In this document: one piece after another, positions 1 to 11,839 of the stretch
Numbering within the stretch: position 1 is the stretch's first letter
Layout of the letters: the number at the start of each line of letters is the position of its first letter
NCBI GenBank assembly: GCA_963665115.1
Contig: OY762007.1
Span: 6,240,001 to 6,304,000 of the forward strand
Direction: 5' to 3'
Origin: an uncultured Rivularia sp.
Lineage (GTDB): Bacteria > Cyanobacteriota > Cyanobacteriia > Cyanobacteriales > Nostocaceae
Length of the DNA: 64,000 nucleotides
Position numbers and translations under genes: made by a program
Notes under the pieces: generated by a model
What the model saw: the letters and a program-made list of their open reading frames with translations, nothing else
Databases searched by the model: none
Told to the model about the DNA's origin: nothing

Positions 1-170
1 GATGGGGAGACAAGGAGACAAGGAGATGGGGAGATGGTAAGCCACTGCGTTGGGCGGGTTCCCCGACTTGTAGCAAGTGGCGCAACCCGTAGGGGGAGAT
101 GGGGAGAAGAATTATTAATTACTCCTAACCACTAACCACTAACCACTAACAACTAACTAATTCCTAACTG
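1..170. repeat. STRR-type short tandem repeats (GGAGACAA/GGGAGAT, TAACCAC) with an interspersed GC-rich element
   Basis: Tandem short repeats visible directly; typical of filamentous cyanobacteria. Confidence 0.75.
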
Positions 171-205
171 AAATGAATATTTATCTTAAAAAAGGATTTA
201 TCATC

Positions 206-769
206 ATGACTAGCTTTGTTGAGAACAAACTGCAAGAAATAGATGCTCCTACGCTCAAGCAATTGATGGAAGAAGATGGAGCATTGTTGATTGATGTTAG
301 GGAAAAAAATGAATTTGCAAAAGAACATATCAGGGGTGCTAAATTAATGTCTCTTTCTCATTTTCATCCTGGAAAAATATCAAATGAAGCACATAGGAAG
401 ATTGTTTTACAGTGTCAATCGGGTAATCGTTCGGCTAAAGCTGCTGATAAAATGTTTGCTGCGGGATTTAGGGAAATTGTTCATCTAAAAGGAGGATTGC
501 CTACTTGGAAAGCCGCAGGATATCCTACACAGATAAATAAAAAAGCGCCGATTAGTATGTTTCGTCAAGTTCAAATTGTAGCAGGCTCTTTGGTCTTTCT
601 AGGAACAGTTTTAGGTGCTTTTGCATCTCCTTGGTTTCTCATTATCAGTGGTTTTGTAGGTGCTGGTTTAGTATTTGCTGGAGTCACAGATACTTGTGCA
701 ATGGCATTGCTACTAGCAAAATTACCCTACAATCAAGCGAAAGTTAACCCCGAAGATATGCTGGTTTGA
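206..769 (+). CDS. Rhodanese-domain protein with C-terminal membrane DUF2892 (YgaP-like)
   Basis: LIDVRE, HIRGA, CQSGNRS active-site loop, LKGG; C-terminal TM hairpin with CAMA. ATG at 206 preferred over 173. Confidence 0.85.
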   Translation: MTSFVENKLQEIDAPTLKQLMEEDGALLIDVREKNEFAKEHIRGAKLMSLSHFHPGKISNEAHRKIVLQCQSGNRSAKAADKMFAAGFREIVHLKGGLPTWKAAGYPTQINKKAPISMFRQVQIVAGSLVFLGTVLGAFASPWFLIISGFVGAGLVFAGVTDTCAMALLLAKLPYNQAKVNPEDMLV

Positions 770-864
770 ATTGTTAAAATTCAACCACACAAATGTAGAG
801 ACGGCGTGCACAATGCAACGTCTCCAAAAAATCTTGCAAAAACCAAATATATCTCGCTTCATAA

Positions 865-1014
865 GGGAGCATCCCAATTCTGAATAAATACTTTATCCGA
901 TACCCTAGAAGGGTGTGGCTACAATAGCTAAGCCCGACGACCTGGGCTACGATACGAGAGGTATTAGCCCCAGGCTTGTAGCCTGCGGGCTTTTTGCAAA
1001 ATTAGGATGCTCCC
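865..1014. mobile_element. 150-bp MITE with 8-bp target-site duplication
   Basis: TIRs GGGAGCATCCCAATT / AATTAGGATGCTCCC; CTTCATAA at both 857-864 and 1015-1022. Confidence 0.85.
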
Positions 1015-1213
1015 CTTCATAACCTACTATTAATAAGTAAAAGTTTACATCTATACAACATAATAAATGTGCTTTTTTTTAATAAGAACGTTACTTCAAA
1101 TCTAAGACTTGTAAATTTATCCCTATTTATGGTTTATCAGAGATAGGTAATTTATTCTCAAAGTGCTTCCTACTTTCTTCTGGCTTTACAATTACCTATC
1201 TCTCTTTATTCAC

Positions 1214-2389
1214 TTAGAAACCACGAACTTTAGTGAAGCCAGTATGATAATCGTGGACATTAGAAAGCACAATCGATGCATTTGAGTCGTAAACAATATA
1301 TTTCACAATTACACCACCGCTATGACGCAAGCGATTGCTTAGAAAACTTTGGCTTGTACGGTTGGTACCACCAGCAAGAATTTCCACAGATAGAAAATAT
1401 ACCTTGTTTTGTTCGGAATCTATAATCGATTGAAGACTTCGGGAACTAGCGATTCCTTCCAAAAGACTTTTCCCAGTATTTGGATTAGTTAATTCACCAA
1501 CTAATTTATCAAAAGACTTATCGACTTCTTTTAACTTAGCGAGCTGCTGTGGAGTCAAATTAGGAATTGTCTTTTGTGCTTGATAATTAAGCCGTTGCAA
1601 ATTACTGATATCTTTGAGAATACTTTCAACTGCATCTTCCCTAATCAAAGGATATTCTGCTGGGTAATAAACCGATACATTAGATCGATCTGCCTCTCGA
1701 AATTTAGAACTCAGTTTTGCAACAAATGCTTTAGTGTTGACGTTAACTGTTGTCCCCGTGAAAGTCTTATTCACTCTAAAAAAGGGTAACAAGTCGAATA
1801 AAAAACTAGCAGTGGCACCAGGATTTAGAAAAGAAGATGTATAACCATCAGGAATCTCTAGATTATCAGGTATCAATTCTTGATAATCTTTTTTGATTGA
1901 ATCAATTCGAGCCTTGAAAAGTTCATAATCCAATTTTATAAGTGCAAATGGTACTACTTTTCCATCAAAAACAATTAGAGAAACTTTAGAACCCACTTGA
2001 TCGAGTATTTCAGTTTTGATTTCTTCAGTTACTACTTCCATGATTGGGTTCATGGATTGATAGGCTAGAATTTGATTCTCGAATGTTACATTCTTATCGG
2101 CTGAAATTGTACCATCAGGTGCTTTAGATGAATTAATCTTTGGTAATAATGCTTCTGCTGCAGCTCTTTGAGCTTCTATCCGAGCTTTCTTATTCTCTTC
2201 AAGTTTCTTCCTTTGCTCCTCAATTGTATTTTCATTTTGTAATTTTTCTATTTGTTCTTTCTGCTCCTCAATAGTCTGTCCTAAAACTTGAGAATTTATT
2301 CCAATTCCACACAAGCTTAATACAGTAATCAAAGTAAAAAACGTTGTGTACTTGAACACTATTTGAAACTTATTGTTATTCATAATCAC
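1214..2389 (-). CDS. Hypothetical exported protein with N-terminal coiled coil
   Basis: 391-aa ORF, signal-like hydrophobic N-terminus, TIEEQ repeat. Confidence 0.75.
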   Translation of the reverse strand: MIMNNNKFQIVFKYTTFFTLITVLSLCGIGINSQVLGQTIEEQKEQIEKLQNENTIEEQRKKLEENKKARIEAQRAAAEALLPKINSSKAPDGTISADKNVTFENQILAYQSMNPIMEVVTEEIKTEILDQVGSKVSLIVFDGKVVPFALIKLDYELFKARIDSIKKDYQELIPDNLEIPDGYTSSFLNPGATASFLFDLLPFFRVNKTFTGTTVNVNTKAFVAKLSSKFREADRSNVSVYYPAEYPLIREDAVESILKDISNLQRLNYQAQKTIPNLTPQQLAKLKEVDKSFDKLVGELTNPNTGKSLLEGIASSRSLQSIIDSEQNKVYFLSVEILAGGTNRTSQSFLSNRLRHSGGVIVKYIVYDSNASIVLSNVHDYHTGFTKVRGF

Positions 2390-2596
2390 CTACCAATCCA
2401 AAATGTAGTGAACTATTAAACTGCTACAAGTCGGCATAAATAAGACAAGCATTAAAAATGGCACAAAACCCTAGAAAATCAAATTTATTACTTCTTACTT
2501 TTTACTTCCACGAAGCGGTACTAGGAAGGAATATAAGTTCTTCTCCTTCTTTTTTAGTGGTTTATTGTCTACAATTTCAAGATTAGGAGAATAATG

Positions 2597-2611
2597 TGAG
2601 GAATTCGTGAG
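2597..2611 (-). promoter_or_regulatory. Regulon box 1 (CTCACGAATTCCTCA-N11-TAATCT), toward the gene at 2389
   Basis: Matches the recurrent motif and spacing. Confidence 0.75.
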
Positions 2612-2981
2612 CATACTTATTTGTGTGTAAATAATAAGTATAGTGATATTACTGCAAAAAATGTGAGTATTTTTATTTCAAAGTATTGCTATGCTAGACT
2701 TTGGGATGCCTGTTTTTTAAGATATATTCTTATAGTTGTGTTTTAGCTGTATTAAATAAAACTTTATAGTAATATTTTATAAAATGGGCTTTGATAAACC
2801 TTATTTATCTAGAAGCAAGGAAACAAAGCTTCGTGTCCGTTTGCTTCTTGTACAAGATTTGCGCTGAATATACAAGTAAAGGAAATTTCAGATATCGAAG
2901 GTTACGCAAAACTTAAATTTGTTCTATTGTAAAGATTAAAGATAAAAATGCTTTATTGAAATTACCCACCGCACTTGCACT

Positions 2982-5900
2982 ATGCAGCAGAACCAGCGAT
3001 TTGCACTGGAACAAGCGATAGAACGCAATCCTTTGATTGTCACCCCTGATACACCTTTATTTGAGGTGATTCAGCTAATGAGTCAGGGGTGGGTAAGAAG
3101 TTGTAATCTCGAACAAAATCATTTCTCTTCAGATGAAAATCAGGTGGTGTCAGCCCATAGCAGTTATTCCTTAGTAATGCAGGATTCGCAGGTGACTGGT
3201 ATTTTTACCGAGCGCGACATGATGCGGTTGCTTGCTGCTGGGAGAATACGACAGGAGACAACTATTGCAGAAGTGATGAGCCAGGAGATAGTGACGCTCA
3301 AAGCTGCGGAAGTTGAAGATGTTTTTACCGTTTTGAGTTTGACTTGCGATCGCAATATTCGTCATCTACCAATTGTTGATGAGCAAAACCAACTTCTGGG
3401 GATAATTACCCCCGAAGGAATGCGAAAAGCGCTTCATCCTACTGAGTGGCTGAGATTTCGCCGGGTTGCTGAAGTGATGAATACCCAAGTTCTTCATGCA
3501 CCTCCAACAATATCGGTGCTAGATGCAATCAAATTAATGGTTGAACATCATACTAGCTGTGTGGTGATTGTGCAAGGGAATAGGGCATTGGGCAATGGGC
3601 ATCAGGCATTGGGTATGGTGCAAGGGGCAAGGGGCAATGAAGGGACGGATATGAGTCCTTCCCAATCTTCTCCACTTATTCCTATTGGAATTCTTACCGA
3701 ACGCGACATAATTCAATTTCAGAAGTTGGAGTTAAATTTAGAAGGCACGCAGGTACAAAATGTCATGAGTTCGCCGCTATGTTTGGTAAATGCGGATGAG
3801 TCATTATGGACTGTACACCAGAAAATGCACCAGTATCGGGTACGACGGTTGGTTATCGCTGGTGAAGCAGGAGAATTACGGGGAATAGTTACGGAAACTA
3901 GCTTATTACAAGCTTTAGATCCGACTGAGATGTATGGGGTTTTGGATTTATTGCAGGAAAAAGTCGAACGCTTGGAAGTAGAAAGAAGTGAATTATCGCA
4001 AAGCTACACCAAGCAATCTCAACTTTATCAGCAAGTGCAGACAGCACTCGAAGAACGTAAGCAGATAGAAAAAGCGCTGCGAGAAGAAAGAAATTTAACA
4101 TCTGCGATTTTAGATGTAGCTGGTGCTTTAATTGTCGTTCTGGATAAACAAGGACAAATTATAAGCTTTAACCAAGCCTGTGAAAAAATTACTGGCTATA
4201 GCTTTGAAGAAGTTGAAAATAAGCAGGTATGGAATTTAATTGCTCACGAAGAAATAGAAACCACTACAAAAGTTTTTGAGCAACTGAAAAAAGGTGACTT
4301 TCCCAATCAAAATGAAAACCACTGGGTAGCAAAGGATGGAAGTCTTCGTTTAATTAGCTGGTCAAATACTTGTTTAATTGATGACGATGGTTCGGTAAAA
4401 TATATTATCGCAACTGGAATTGATATTACTGAGAAAAAGCAAGTAGAAGAAGACTTAAATCGTTTTTTCTCGCTTTCTCTTGATATGCTTTGTATAGCTG
4501 GGTTAGATGGTTATTTTAAACAAATAAATCCAGCTTTTCAACACACTTTAGGATATACGGAAGCAGAATTATTTGCACAACCCTTTTTAAGTTTTATTCA
4601 CCCCGATGATATAGCACCAACTTTAGCGGAAATGGATAAACTTTCCCAGGGAGTTAAAACAATTGCTTTTGAAAACCGCTATCGCTGCAAAGATGGCTCT
4701 TACAAGTGGTTGCAGTGGAATGCAACTCCTTACGAGCAACTACTTTATTCGGTAGCGCGAGATGTAACTGAGTATAAGCAAACGCGAGAAAAAATCAACG
4801 AGCAAGCTGCTTTACTAGATGTCGCTACCGATGCAATTTTGGTTCGGGATCTCGAAAATCAAATCTTATTTTGGAATCAAGGTGCAGAACGTTTATATGG
4901 CTTTACCTCAGCAGAAGCTTTGGACAAAAATACCAATGAATTACTTTTCCGCGATTCTTTAGCACAATTAGAAGAAATCTATCAAGTACTATTTAAGGAG
5001 GATTACTGGAAAGGGGAACTACATCAAGTTACTAAAGCTGGCAATGACATTGTTGTTTTTAGTACTTGGAACTTAGTACGCGACGAACAAGGAAATCCCA
5101 AATCAACATTAATAGTTAATACCGATATTACCGAGAAAAAGCAATTAGAAGCTCAATTTCTCCGCGCTCAACGTTTGGAAAGTATTGGTACATTATCCGG
5201 TGGAATTGCTCACGATTTAAACAATATTCTCACGCCGATTTTGGCGATTTCTCAGCTTCTCCCGCTTACACTTCCTTCTTCGGATGAACAAACAAAGCAT
5301 TTATTTGATGTACTTGAAACTAGTGCTAAACGAGGAGCAACTTTAGTTAAGCAGGTGTTATCTTTTGCGCGAGGTGTTCAAGGCGATCGCACTCCCCTAC
5401 AAGTTAAACATATCATCTCGGAGATAAAAGATTTTGCTCGCAACACTTTTCCTAAATCAATCGAAATTCAAGTCGGTTTGCCCGATGATTTACGGTTAAT
5501 TAGTGCCGATGCGACACAAATTCATCAGGTATTAATGAATCTTTGCGTTAATGCTCGCGATGCAATGTCAAACGGCGGTACGCTAAGTTTAAAAGCTGAA
5601 AACATCGATATCGATCAAAACTATGCCAAGATGAATCTTGATGCGAGCGTGGGGAATTATGTTGTAATTACAGTTGCAGATACGGGTACGGGTATTCCTC
5701 CAGAAACTTTGGAAAGGATTTTTGAACCATTTTTTACTACTAAAGAACAAGGTAAAGGTACTGGGCTAGGACTTTCAACCACAATTGGTATTATCAAAAG
5801 TCACGGTGGTTTTATCAATGTTTATAGCGAAGTTGGTGAAGGAACAAAATTTCAAGTTTATTTACCAGCAATCCAAACAGCAAAAATTGTACAAGTCTCT

Positions 5901-6293
5901 CAAGCAGAAATTCCCGAAGGAAAAGGAGAATTAATCCTTTTAGCAGATGACGAGATGAGTATTAGGGATATTACTAAAACATCTTTAGAAAATTACAATT
6001 ATCAAGTAATTACCGCTAGCGATGGAATTGAAGCAATCGCCCTTTATGCCCAGCATCGAAACGAAATCAGCGCTGTGTTAATAGATATGATGATGCCGGA
6101 AATGGATGGTGTAACCACTATCCGCACCCTGCAAAGAATGAATCCCCAAGTTAAGATAATTGCCGTCAGCGGATTAGCTACCAGCGATAAAGTAAGCGCA
6201 GCAATGAGTAGTGGTGCCAAATTATTTTTATCAAAACCTTACACTAGCGAAGAATTACTAAGAAAATTGCATCAAGTTCTCAATCTTGGATGA
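2982..6293 (+). CDS. Hybrid sensor histidine kinase (CBS pairs, three PAS, HisKA, HATPase, REC)
   Basis: GIFTERD CBS motifs, PAS DITE motifs, IAHDLNN H-box, GTGLGL G-box, receiver DMMMP. Confidence 0.92.
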   Translation: MQQNQRFALEQAIERNPLIVTPDTPLFEVIQLMSQGWVRSCNLEQNHFSSDENQVVSAHSSYSLVMQDSQVTGIFTERDMMRLLAAGRIRQETTIAEVMSQEIVTLKAAEVEDVFTVLSLTCDRNIRHLPIVDEQNQLLGIITPEGMRKALHPTEWLRFRRVAEVMNTQVLHAPPTISVLDAIKLMVEHHTSCVVIVQGNRALGNGHQALGMVQGARGNEGTDMSPSQSSPLIPIGILTERDIIQFQKLELNLEGTQVQNVMSSPLCLVNADESLWTVHQKMHQYRVRRLVIAGEAGELRGIVTETSLLQALDPTEMYGVLDLLQEKVERLEVERSELSQSYTKQSQLYQQVQTALEERKQIEKALREERNLTSAILDVAGALIVVLDKQGQIISFNQACEKITGYSFEEVENKQVWNLIAHEEIETTTKVFEQLKKGDFPNQNENHWVAKDGSLRLISWSNTCLIDDDGSVKYIIATGIDITEKKQVEEDLNRFFSLSLDMLCIAGLDGYFKQINPAFQHTLGYTEAELFAQPFLSFIHPDDIAPTLAEMDKLSQGVKTIAFENRYRCKDGSYKWLQWNATPYEQLLYSVARDVTEYKQTREKINEQAALLDVATDAILVRDLENQILFWNQGAERLYGFTSAEALDKNTNELLFRDSLAQLEEIYQVLFKEDYWKGELHQVTKAGNDIVVFSTWNLVRDEQGNPKSTLIVNTDITEKKQLEAQFLRAQRLESIGTLSGGIAHDLNNILTPILAISQLLPLTLPSSDEQTKHLFDVLETSAKRGATLVKQVLSFARGVQGDRTPLQVKHIISEIKDFARNTFPKSIEIQVGLPDDLRLISADATQIHQVLMNLCVNARDAMSNGGTLSLKAENIDIDQNYAKMNLDASVGNYVVITVADTGTGIPPETLERIFEPFFTTKEQGKGTGLGLSTTIGIIKSHGGFINVYSEVGEGTKFQVYLPAIQTAKIVQVSQAEIPEGKGELILLADDEMSIRDITKTSLENYNYQVITASDGIEAIALYAQHRNEISAVLIDMMMPEMDGVTTIRTLQRMNPQVKIIAVSGLATSDKVSAAMSSGAKLFLSKPYTSEELLRKLHQVLNLG

Positions 6294-6710
6294 TATAGGA
6301 ATTCGATTTATATAAAAAAACGTGATAGGTGTCGGGATAAAGCAAGCTCAATATATTTTTCAAAATAATTTGCTTCAAAACAATAACACCCAAGCATCTA
6401 CTTGCTCAGGGATTTCCTCTTTTTTGTTATCTTCATAGGGACGTACTAATCAATTGCTTCACAAATTAATAGTAACGTTGCCCCCTGACTCTCACAACGA
6501 GGAATTATAAGCGTTCGAGTTGGGTGTTGTTGTTAGTTTTCGAGACAGATTATGAAACAGTTTACTTACCTCTTCACTTGATTTAACCTGTAGTACCAGG
6601 CTATTTTATCTGCCAGGGAAGCTTCAATCAGCTTCATTTTCAATATAGCAATTATGAGCTAAAGATAAATTCTTTTGAAACTAATCTTTACCTTTAATTA
6701 AATTACTATA

Positions 6711-7926
6711 CTATCCGATTAATTCAGCTACTCGGATTGCAGATGTAATGGCACCTTCATGTAAACCATCTCCTAAGTAAGCGCCTGCATGATAGGTATG
6801 ATTTTCCCCGTTGGTATCAACTACTTGATCTCGGTATCGGAAAGATTCAACAGTATATAATGGTGTATCATGTTCCAAACTTTGAATAATTTTATCTAGA
6901 TTAATTAAAGATTCGAGATTAAACGCCAAGCTATATTTAACTTCAGATGAGACACCACACAACTGATTAAGATAAGCATTATATCCCCATCCCTTTGCCG
7001 TCTCGAAAAAATCAAACTCCGAAGGTTGTTTAATACCGTATCTATCGTACATCGAAGTATCGGCATGAATCAGCGTAACTATTTGGTTGTTCTCCCAACT
7101 ACCAAAGCGTCTGATTTCAGCTTCTGTAGGATCTAACAATAGCTTTAGTACTCTATCTGGTGGAGTCGCAAACACAACTTTATCAAATCGATAGGTTGCA
7201 CCATCTGATAGTTCAATTTTGACACCATCCGCAATTCTAGAGACATCCGCGACGCTGATGTTTAACAGAATTTCCCCTTTGAAACGCTGTAAAATCTTTT
7301 CAATATAGGAATATACTCCCCCCTTAATTCTGAACCAGTCGATAAAAATATAATCTCGCAGAGATAGAATCCCTAGTTTCCGCAGGAAAATCATCAATTA
7401 GTTCAAATTGCATTGAATAACTATACATCGCCAGCAGTTTTATCCAGGTATTTCTAACACATCGAGTCTTTAAAAAGTAAGATAAAGACCGATTATAGAC
7501 GGACGGAATTTGAGCAAAATGAGTTTTTAACCAAAAACCAGCCGAACGAGCGTATAAACCATCAAGCTTAAAAAATTCGATTAGTCGCTGTATTCGGGTG
7601 AAATTTTTGCGGATTGCCGTTGCAGAATGTATATGATGACCATTTTTGAAAAACATCGTAGAACCTAAATCAACAGGTTCTAAATCAACTTCTAACTCTT
7701 TCATCAAATTGAGAAAGTTGTAGAAATTACCGGGAAATTCCAGTACTCCACCTTCTAAAAATTCGTTACATTCACAGCTTTCAGGTTTAACATTTTTATT
7801 AAGAGTACGAATATGTCCTCCTAGAATAGGCTGCTTTTCAAACACTGTAACATGATGACCTTGTTTATCAAGAAGATAAGCCGTGACTAAACCGCTGGCT
7901 CCCCCGCCAATAATAGCTATTCTCAT
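6711..7926 (-). CDS. FAD-dependent oxidoreductase (amine oxidase-like), split by a +1 frameshift near 7378
   Basis: GGGASG dinucleotide motif, LGGH, C-terminal GLHEGA; the two ORFs join as FPAELGILSLRDY if one base is removed. Confidence 0.8.
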
Positions 7927-8003
7927 CACTCAACTCCTATATTGATTGCTTTTTGATAACTGTTCACTGCATGACGCTACCGCATCACGCTGCGCTAACG
8001 CTG

Positions 8004-9542
8004 TTAACTGTTTGTTAAAATCTTGTCTCCCGACAACCTTTGATATAAAAGCGCTCCCGTCCAAAATGTCGGAGCAAATCCTGGATATCCCGATGAAGCA
8101 TTGCAAAAATAGAAATTTTTCAGAGAGGTTTGATGATTTAATCGACCAATCCCCATGTTTTTAGGAGTAAGACTAGAACCGTAGGAATTACCATGAGGAC
8201 AATGACAAAACCGTTCGTTGGTTGTAGGACTTCCCGTAATTTTAAAGACTAAGTGTTGCCGAATATCTGGAATATAATGCTTCTCGACAACATTTAGAAT
8301 AGAGTTTAAAATTTCCTCCTTCTTTTGCCGATAAGCCTTTTGATCTCGTGCTTTAAGTTCTTGGAAATAGCTGTAGTCAGCCACAGTCAAAAACTCGATA
8401 ATTTGACAGTCTTCCGGACAGTCACGCTGCTCGGTAGTTAATAGCGTGGGTGTAGTAATGGCAAAGCTGGGATTCGAGTAATCGTGAGAAACGTACATTT
8501 GATAAAATGCTTCATTCAAGTCTTGATGATCTGTATGAAAAGTATTCCATTTACCAAATCCATAGTCTCGTAAGTCCATATCTTTGACTACACAGTATGC
8601 CATGTAGTTTGAGGGAGAATATTCGTAGTTGAGTTTTTTCCGTACCGTCGGAGAAAACTTTTCATATCCAATCATTTTGGCAGCTTTTTTCGGATCTATA
8701 TTGCAAATAACGGTATCGGCAGTAAACTTAGAAGTCTGATGGGTAATTAAATTCATAGCTTCAACACCCGTAACTGTTTTACCATTAAGTAGAAAGTTGA
8801 CAACTTCAGTATTGAAAACAATTTCGCCACCGTTATCAACAATCGCTTCGACTAATCCATCAATCACAGCTTCAAAATGACGGGTAGGATAATAAGCCCC
8901 TTCTTGGTATCCTGAAAATAAAATTACCCAAGCGTAAAAAGAAAGTTGATTTGGTGGTAGTAAAAAGTCAGGCCATTGCGATGCTAAAAGCGTTTGCGCG
9001 GCTTGAGGTAGTTTGAATTGATCAAAAACATCTTGTAGGGTGCTGTGCAAATATCTTATAGCGCAGCTAACTTCACCGAAATGCTTAAATAATTCCCCAG
9101 GATTCACCGGAGGAGCTAATATTTTTAATCCCTCTCTAGTCTTTTTAACTTCAAAAACAAACTTACTAATTTGCTCTGTATTTTCAGGAAACAAATCTGC
9201 AAGTCGTCGAATCAATTCCTGTGAATCGGAAGGAATATCCAAAGCATAATTTGGCATTCGCATATGGTCAAACCCATTCGGGTCATAGCTTTCAAAAGTT
9301 ATATCTTGGTCTAAATTAAGTTTTTTCAGCACTTGATTAACAGGTTTACCTTCACCGCAATCCCAAACATAGTGAAGTTGTGCGTTAAAGCGATATTTTT
9401 TAGCCATAGTGAAAGTATGACCAAATCCACCAGGATACTCATGGGCTTCTAATACTTGCACTCGCTGACCGGATTTTGCCATCAGTGCGCCAAATACTAA
9501 GCCAGATAAACCGCTGCCTAAAATCAGGTAATCCGTTTTCAT
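8004..9542 (-). CDS. Phytoene-desaturase/retinol-saturase family FAD oxidoreductase
   Basis: GSGLSG Rossmann motif, PGG, SPTTNERF..GNSYG, YPG C-terminal motif. Confidence 0.85.
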   Translation of the reverse strand: MKTDYLILGSGLSGLVFGALMAKSGQRVQVLEAHEYPGGFGHTFTMAKKYRFNAQLHYVWDCGEGKPVNQVLKKLNLDQDITFESYDPNGFDHMRMPNYALDIPSDSQELIRRLADLFPENTEQISKFVFEVKKTREGLKILAPPVNPGELFKHFGEVSCAIRYLHSTLQDVFDQFKLPQAAQTLLASQWPDFLLPPNQLSFYAWVILFSGYQEGAYYPTRHFEAVIDGLVEAIVDNGGEIVFNTEVVNFLLNGKTVTGVEAMNLITHQTSKFTADTVICNIDPKKAAKMIGYEKFSPTVRKKLNYEYSPSNYMAYCVVKDMDLRDYGFGKWNTFHTDHQDLNEAFYQMYVSHDYSNPSFAITTPTLLTTEQRDCPEDCQIIEFLTVADYSYFQELKARDQKAYRQKKEEILNSILNVVEKHYIPDIRQHLVFKITGSPTTNERFCHCPHGNSYGSSLTPKNMGIGRLNHQTSLKNFYFCNASSGYPGFAPTFWTGALLYQRLSGDKILTNS

Positions 9543-9610
9543 AACTAGTTTTGTTAAATAACTATATTCATGCTCTGGTCGAGCATAAAATTTATTTTCT
9601 AAATTAAATT

Positions 9611-9625
9611 TGAGAAACTTGTGAG
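9611..9625 (-). promoter_or_regulatory. Regulon box 2 (CTCACAAGTTTCTCA), toward the oxidoreductase pair
   Basis: Consensus match; the only site without TA at +12 (GAAAAT instead). Confidence 0.75.
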
Positions 9626-9733
9626 GAAGTAACTTATACAGCTTATATAGTCACGAAGGAAAAATAAATAAAATATTAAATATCAGCAATAATCGTGAGA
9701 AAATGTGCTTTTTTCGCTAGCAGCAAAGGAATA

Positions 9734-9748
9734 CTCACAATTTCCTCA
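9734..9748 (+). promoter_or_regulatory. Regulon box 3 (CTCACAATTTCCTCA-N11-TAAGAT)
   Basis: Motif and spacing; divergent from box 2. Confidence 0.8.
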
Positions 9749-10018
9749 AATTTTAGATTTAAGATCAAAGAACAGCTAAAAAATTAGCTTACAAAAGTTT
9801 ACACTAGCAAGAAGTAAGATAGAAAGATTTCACAACAATAGAACAGATATCAAGGTAAAACTTTTTACGTTATTATGACCGTAAATACACCACAAGTCGA
9901 TTGTTGCTAACCTGTTAGCACAAACTGCTTTAAAAAAGATTTCCTGTTCCGCGCTCATTTAAAATCGTGTAGAAACTATCTATCTACCTCCTGGCTTGTG
10001 TTTTCGCTGGAGGTAACT

Positions 10019-10630
10019 ATGAATAACAAAAATGAACGTAAAACATCAATAAAATTTGTTGCAACTTTCTTAGCTACAGCAACATTAATGGCTGCTACGA
10101 TTGCACCTGCTTTGGCTGCACCAAAAGTCAGAATTGTTGATGACGTAGGTTACGGTGGTAGCGGTTGTCCTGACAGGTCAGCAAGCGTTACCGTTAGTCC
10201 CGATGGTCAAGAATTATCTATTCTGTTTGATGAATTCATTGCAGATGCAGCAAAACGCAAACATCGTCGTAAAAGCTGTAATCTATCAATTCCGATAAAA
10301 GTCCCTCAAGGATTTCAAATCTCCCTCTATGATGCAGACTATCGAGGTTATGTAGCTCCCTCAACTACTGCAAGACTGAGAGCAGAATATTTCTTTGCAG
10401 GTCAAAGAGGTCCGATTTTCAGCAGAATATTCAAAGGTGAAAGCGAGTATTTTGTTCGAGATCCATTAGAAACAGTTGCTAATGTGTGGTCGCGCTGTGG
10501 TGATAGTTTGAATATGCGGGTGAATGCAGCAATGTCTGCTCGCGGAAAAGGAATTGCAACGGTTGATTCTTTTGATCTGGCCCATCGTGGTTTGAAATAC
10601 CATATCAAATACCGTTCGTGTAATAAATAA
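10019..10630 (+). CDS. Secreted DUF4360-family protein
   Basis: Signal peptide, YGGSGCP, RKSCNL, DYRGY; GGAGG RBS. Confidence 0.85.
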   Translation: MNNKNERKTSIKFVATFLATATLMAATIAPALAAPKVRIVDDVGYGGSGCPDRSASVTVSPDGQELSILFDEFIADAAKRKHRRKSCNLSIPIKVPQGFQISLYDADYRGYVAPSTTARLRAEYFFAGQRGPIFSRIFKGESEYFVRDPLETVANVWSRCGDSLNMRVNAAMSARGKGIATVDSFDLAHRGLKYHIKYRSCNK

Positions 10631-10698
10631 TTATTTTATTGCTGGAAAACGAAGTATTTGTTACTAGTTGAACGTTGATAGCAAATCATATGTCCTGC

Positions 10699-10731
10699 TA
10701 GCGGTGTTGTCAAAGTTAGACAACACCGCTA
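10699..10731. terminator. Perfect hairpin between convergent genes
   Basis: TAGCGGTGTTGTC-loop-GACAACACCGCTA. Confidence 0.7.
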
Positions 10732-10864
10732 TGTCTTGAAATTGAAAATATCGTGATAGTATATTTGTGCTAAGCTTATGCCCAAAGAAGCTTTAAACAG
10801 TTAAGCCAAATATTTGCAGGTATTATAGTCAATAATATAAATTAATTTTTAAGAATAAAACCTG

Positions 10865-11173
10865 CTATGAAAAACAGTATTGGCATTTATTTAGAACATA
10901 ATTTGCAATAAGTTCATTCGTTTCAAGGTCATATATAGGAATACTCTTTCCTTCAGTAAAAAAATGAATTGGAATAGTCCCAATATTATTAAGACCAATA
11001 AATTTACTCAAGTCCGCATACGCTAAATTATGAGAACCCCAAAAATTATCCCAACCTACACGATGCAGTTCGCCAGTATTAGGATTAAGAATGTACTCAA
11101 AACCTATTTCTTGAAATTCTCGATAAACACGAAAATTTTCGAGTCTTCTTCCAAAGAGTTTTAGATTGTTCAT
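10865..11173 (-). CDS. Hypothetical protein with C-terminal CxxC
   Basis: 102-aa ORF downstream of the AlkB-like gene. Confidence 0.6.
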   Translation of the reverse strand: MNNLKLFGRRLENFRVYREFQEIGFEYILNPNTGELHRVGWDNFWGSHNLAYADLSKFIGLNNIGTIPIHFFTEGKSIPIYDLETNELIANYVLNKCQYCFS

Positions 11174-11218
11174 CTAAATATTATATTGCTTACAGTACAA
11201 TTATACTGATATTATTTT

Positions 11219-11839
11219 TTATGACAATATAAATATAAAAGTCAAATTTATTCTTTCTTCTAACTGTTTAGAAGTTTTTGCTATTTGATGATGCCAAAAG
11301 TGCTGTGTAGAGCCTTTCATAATCAGAAAGCTACCATTTGTTAAAGAAACTTTAACCTTATCTAAATCTTTTCGATGTTTGTGTTTAAGTTGAAAACTTC
11401 TTGTTTCTCCAAAACTTACTGACCCGATAACAGGATTGTTTCCTAATTCTTTTTCATCATCACTATGCCAAGAGACATAATCTTTTCCACCACGGTAAAG
11501 ATTTATTAGGACACTATTGAATTTTACTTTAGTATTTTCTTCAATTCTATTTTTTATTGTAAGTAATTCAGGTGTCCAAGGTTCGGGATTCATATTAATC
11601 CCTGAATATTTATAAGCTTTACCTTCATCTCCATACCAAGCTGTTAATCTAGGTAAACTAAATTCTTTGCCAAACATTTTCATCTTGTCTTGTCGCCAAC
11701 TTAAGCTATTCCTTAGCTTTTTGAACAACTGTTTACTTTCTGACTCTTCAAAAAAATCTCGGTAGATAATTACCTCTGCATCTGGCATAGGTTTACAATC
11801 CGGCATTAGTATACTCTTTGGTTGTTTTGAAAGCTTCAC
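11219..11839 (-). CDS. AlkB-family 2OG-Fe(II) dioxygenase, possibly decaying
   Basis: PRLTAWYG, NLYRGG, WHSDDE, WHHQI; RINLTF followed by I instead of R. Confidence 0.85.
   Translation of the reverse strand: MKLSKQPKSILMPDCKPMPDAEVIIYRDFFEESESKQLFKKLRNSLSWRQDKMKMFGKEFSLPRLTAWYGDEGKAYKYSGINMNPEPWTPELLTIKNRIEENTKVKFNSVLINLYRGGKDYVSWHSDDEKELGNNPVIGSVSFGETRSFQLKHKHRKDLDKVKVSLTNGSFLIMKGSTQHFWHHQIAKTSKQLEERINLTFIFILS

Noticed and set aside
6340..6650. Long-range inverted match CAATAACACCCAA / TTGGGTGTTGTTG and a 23-codon minus-strand ORF
   Set aside because: No RBS and no recognisable RNA family; too weak to call
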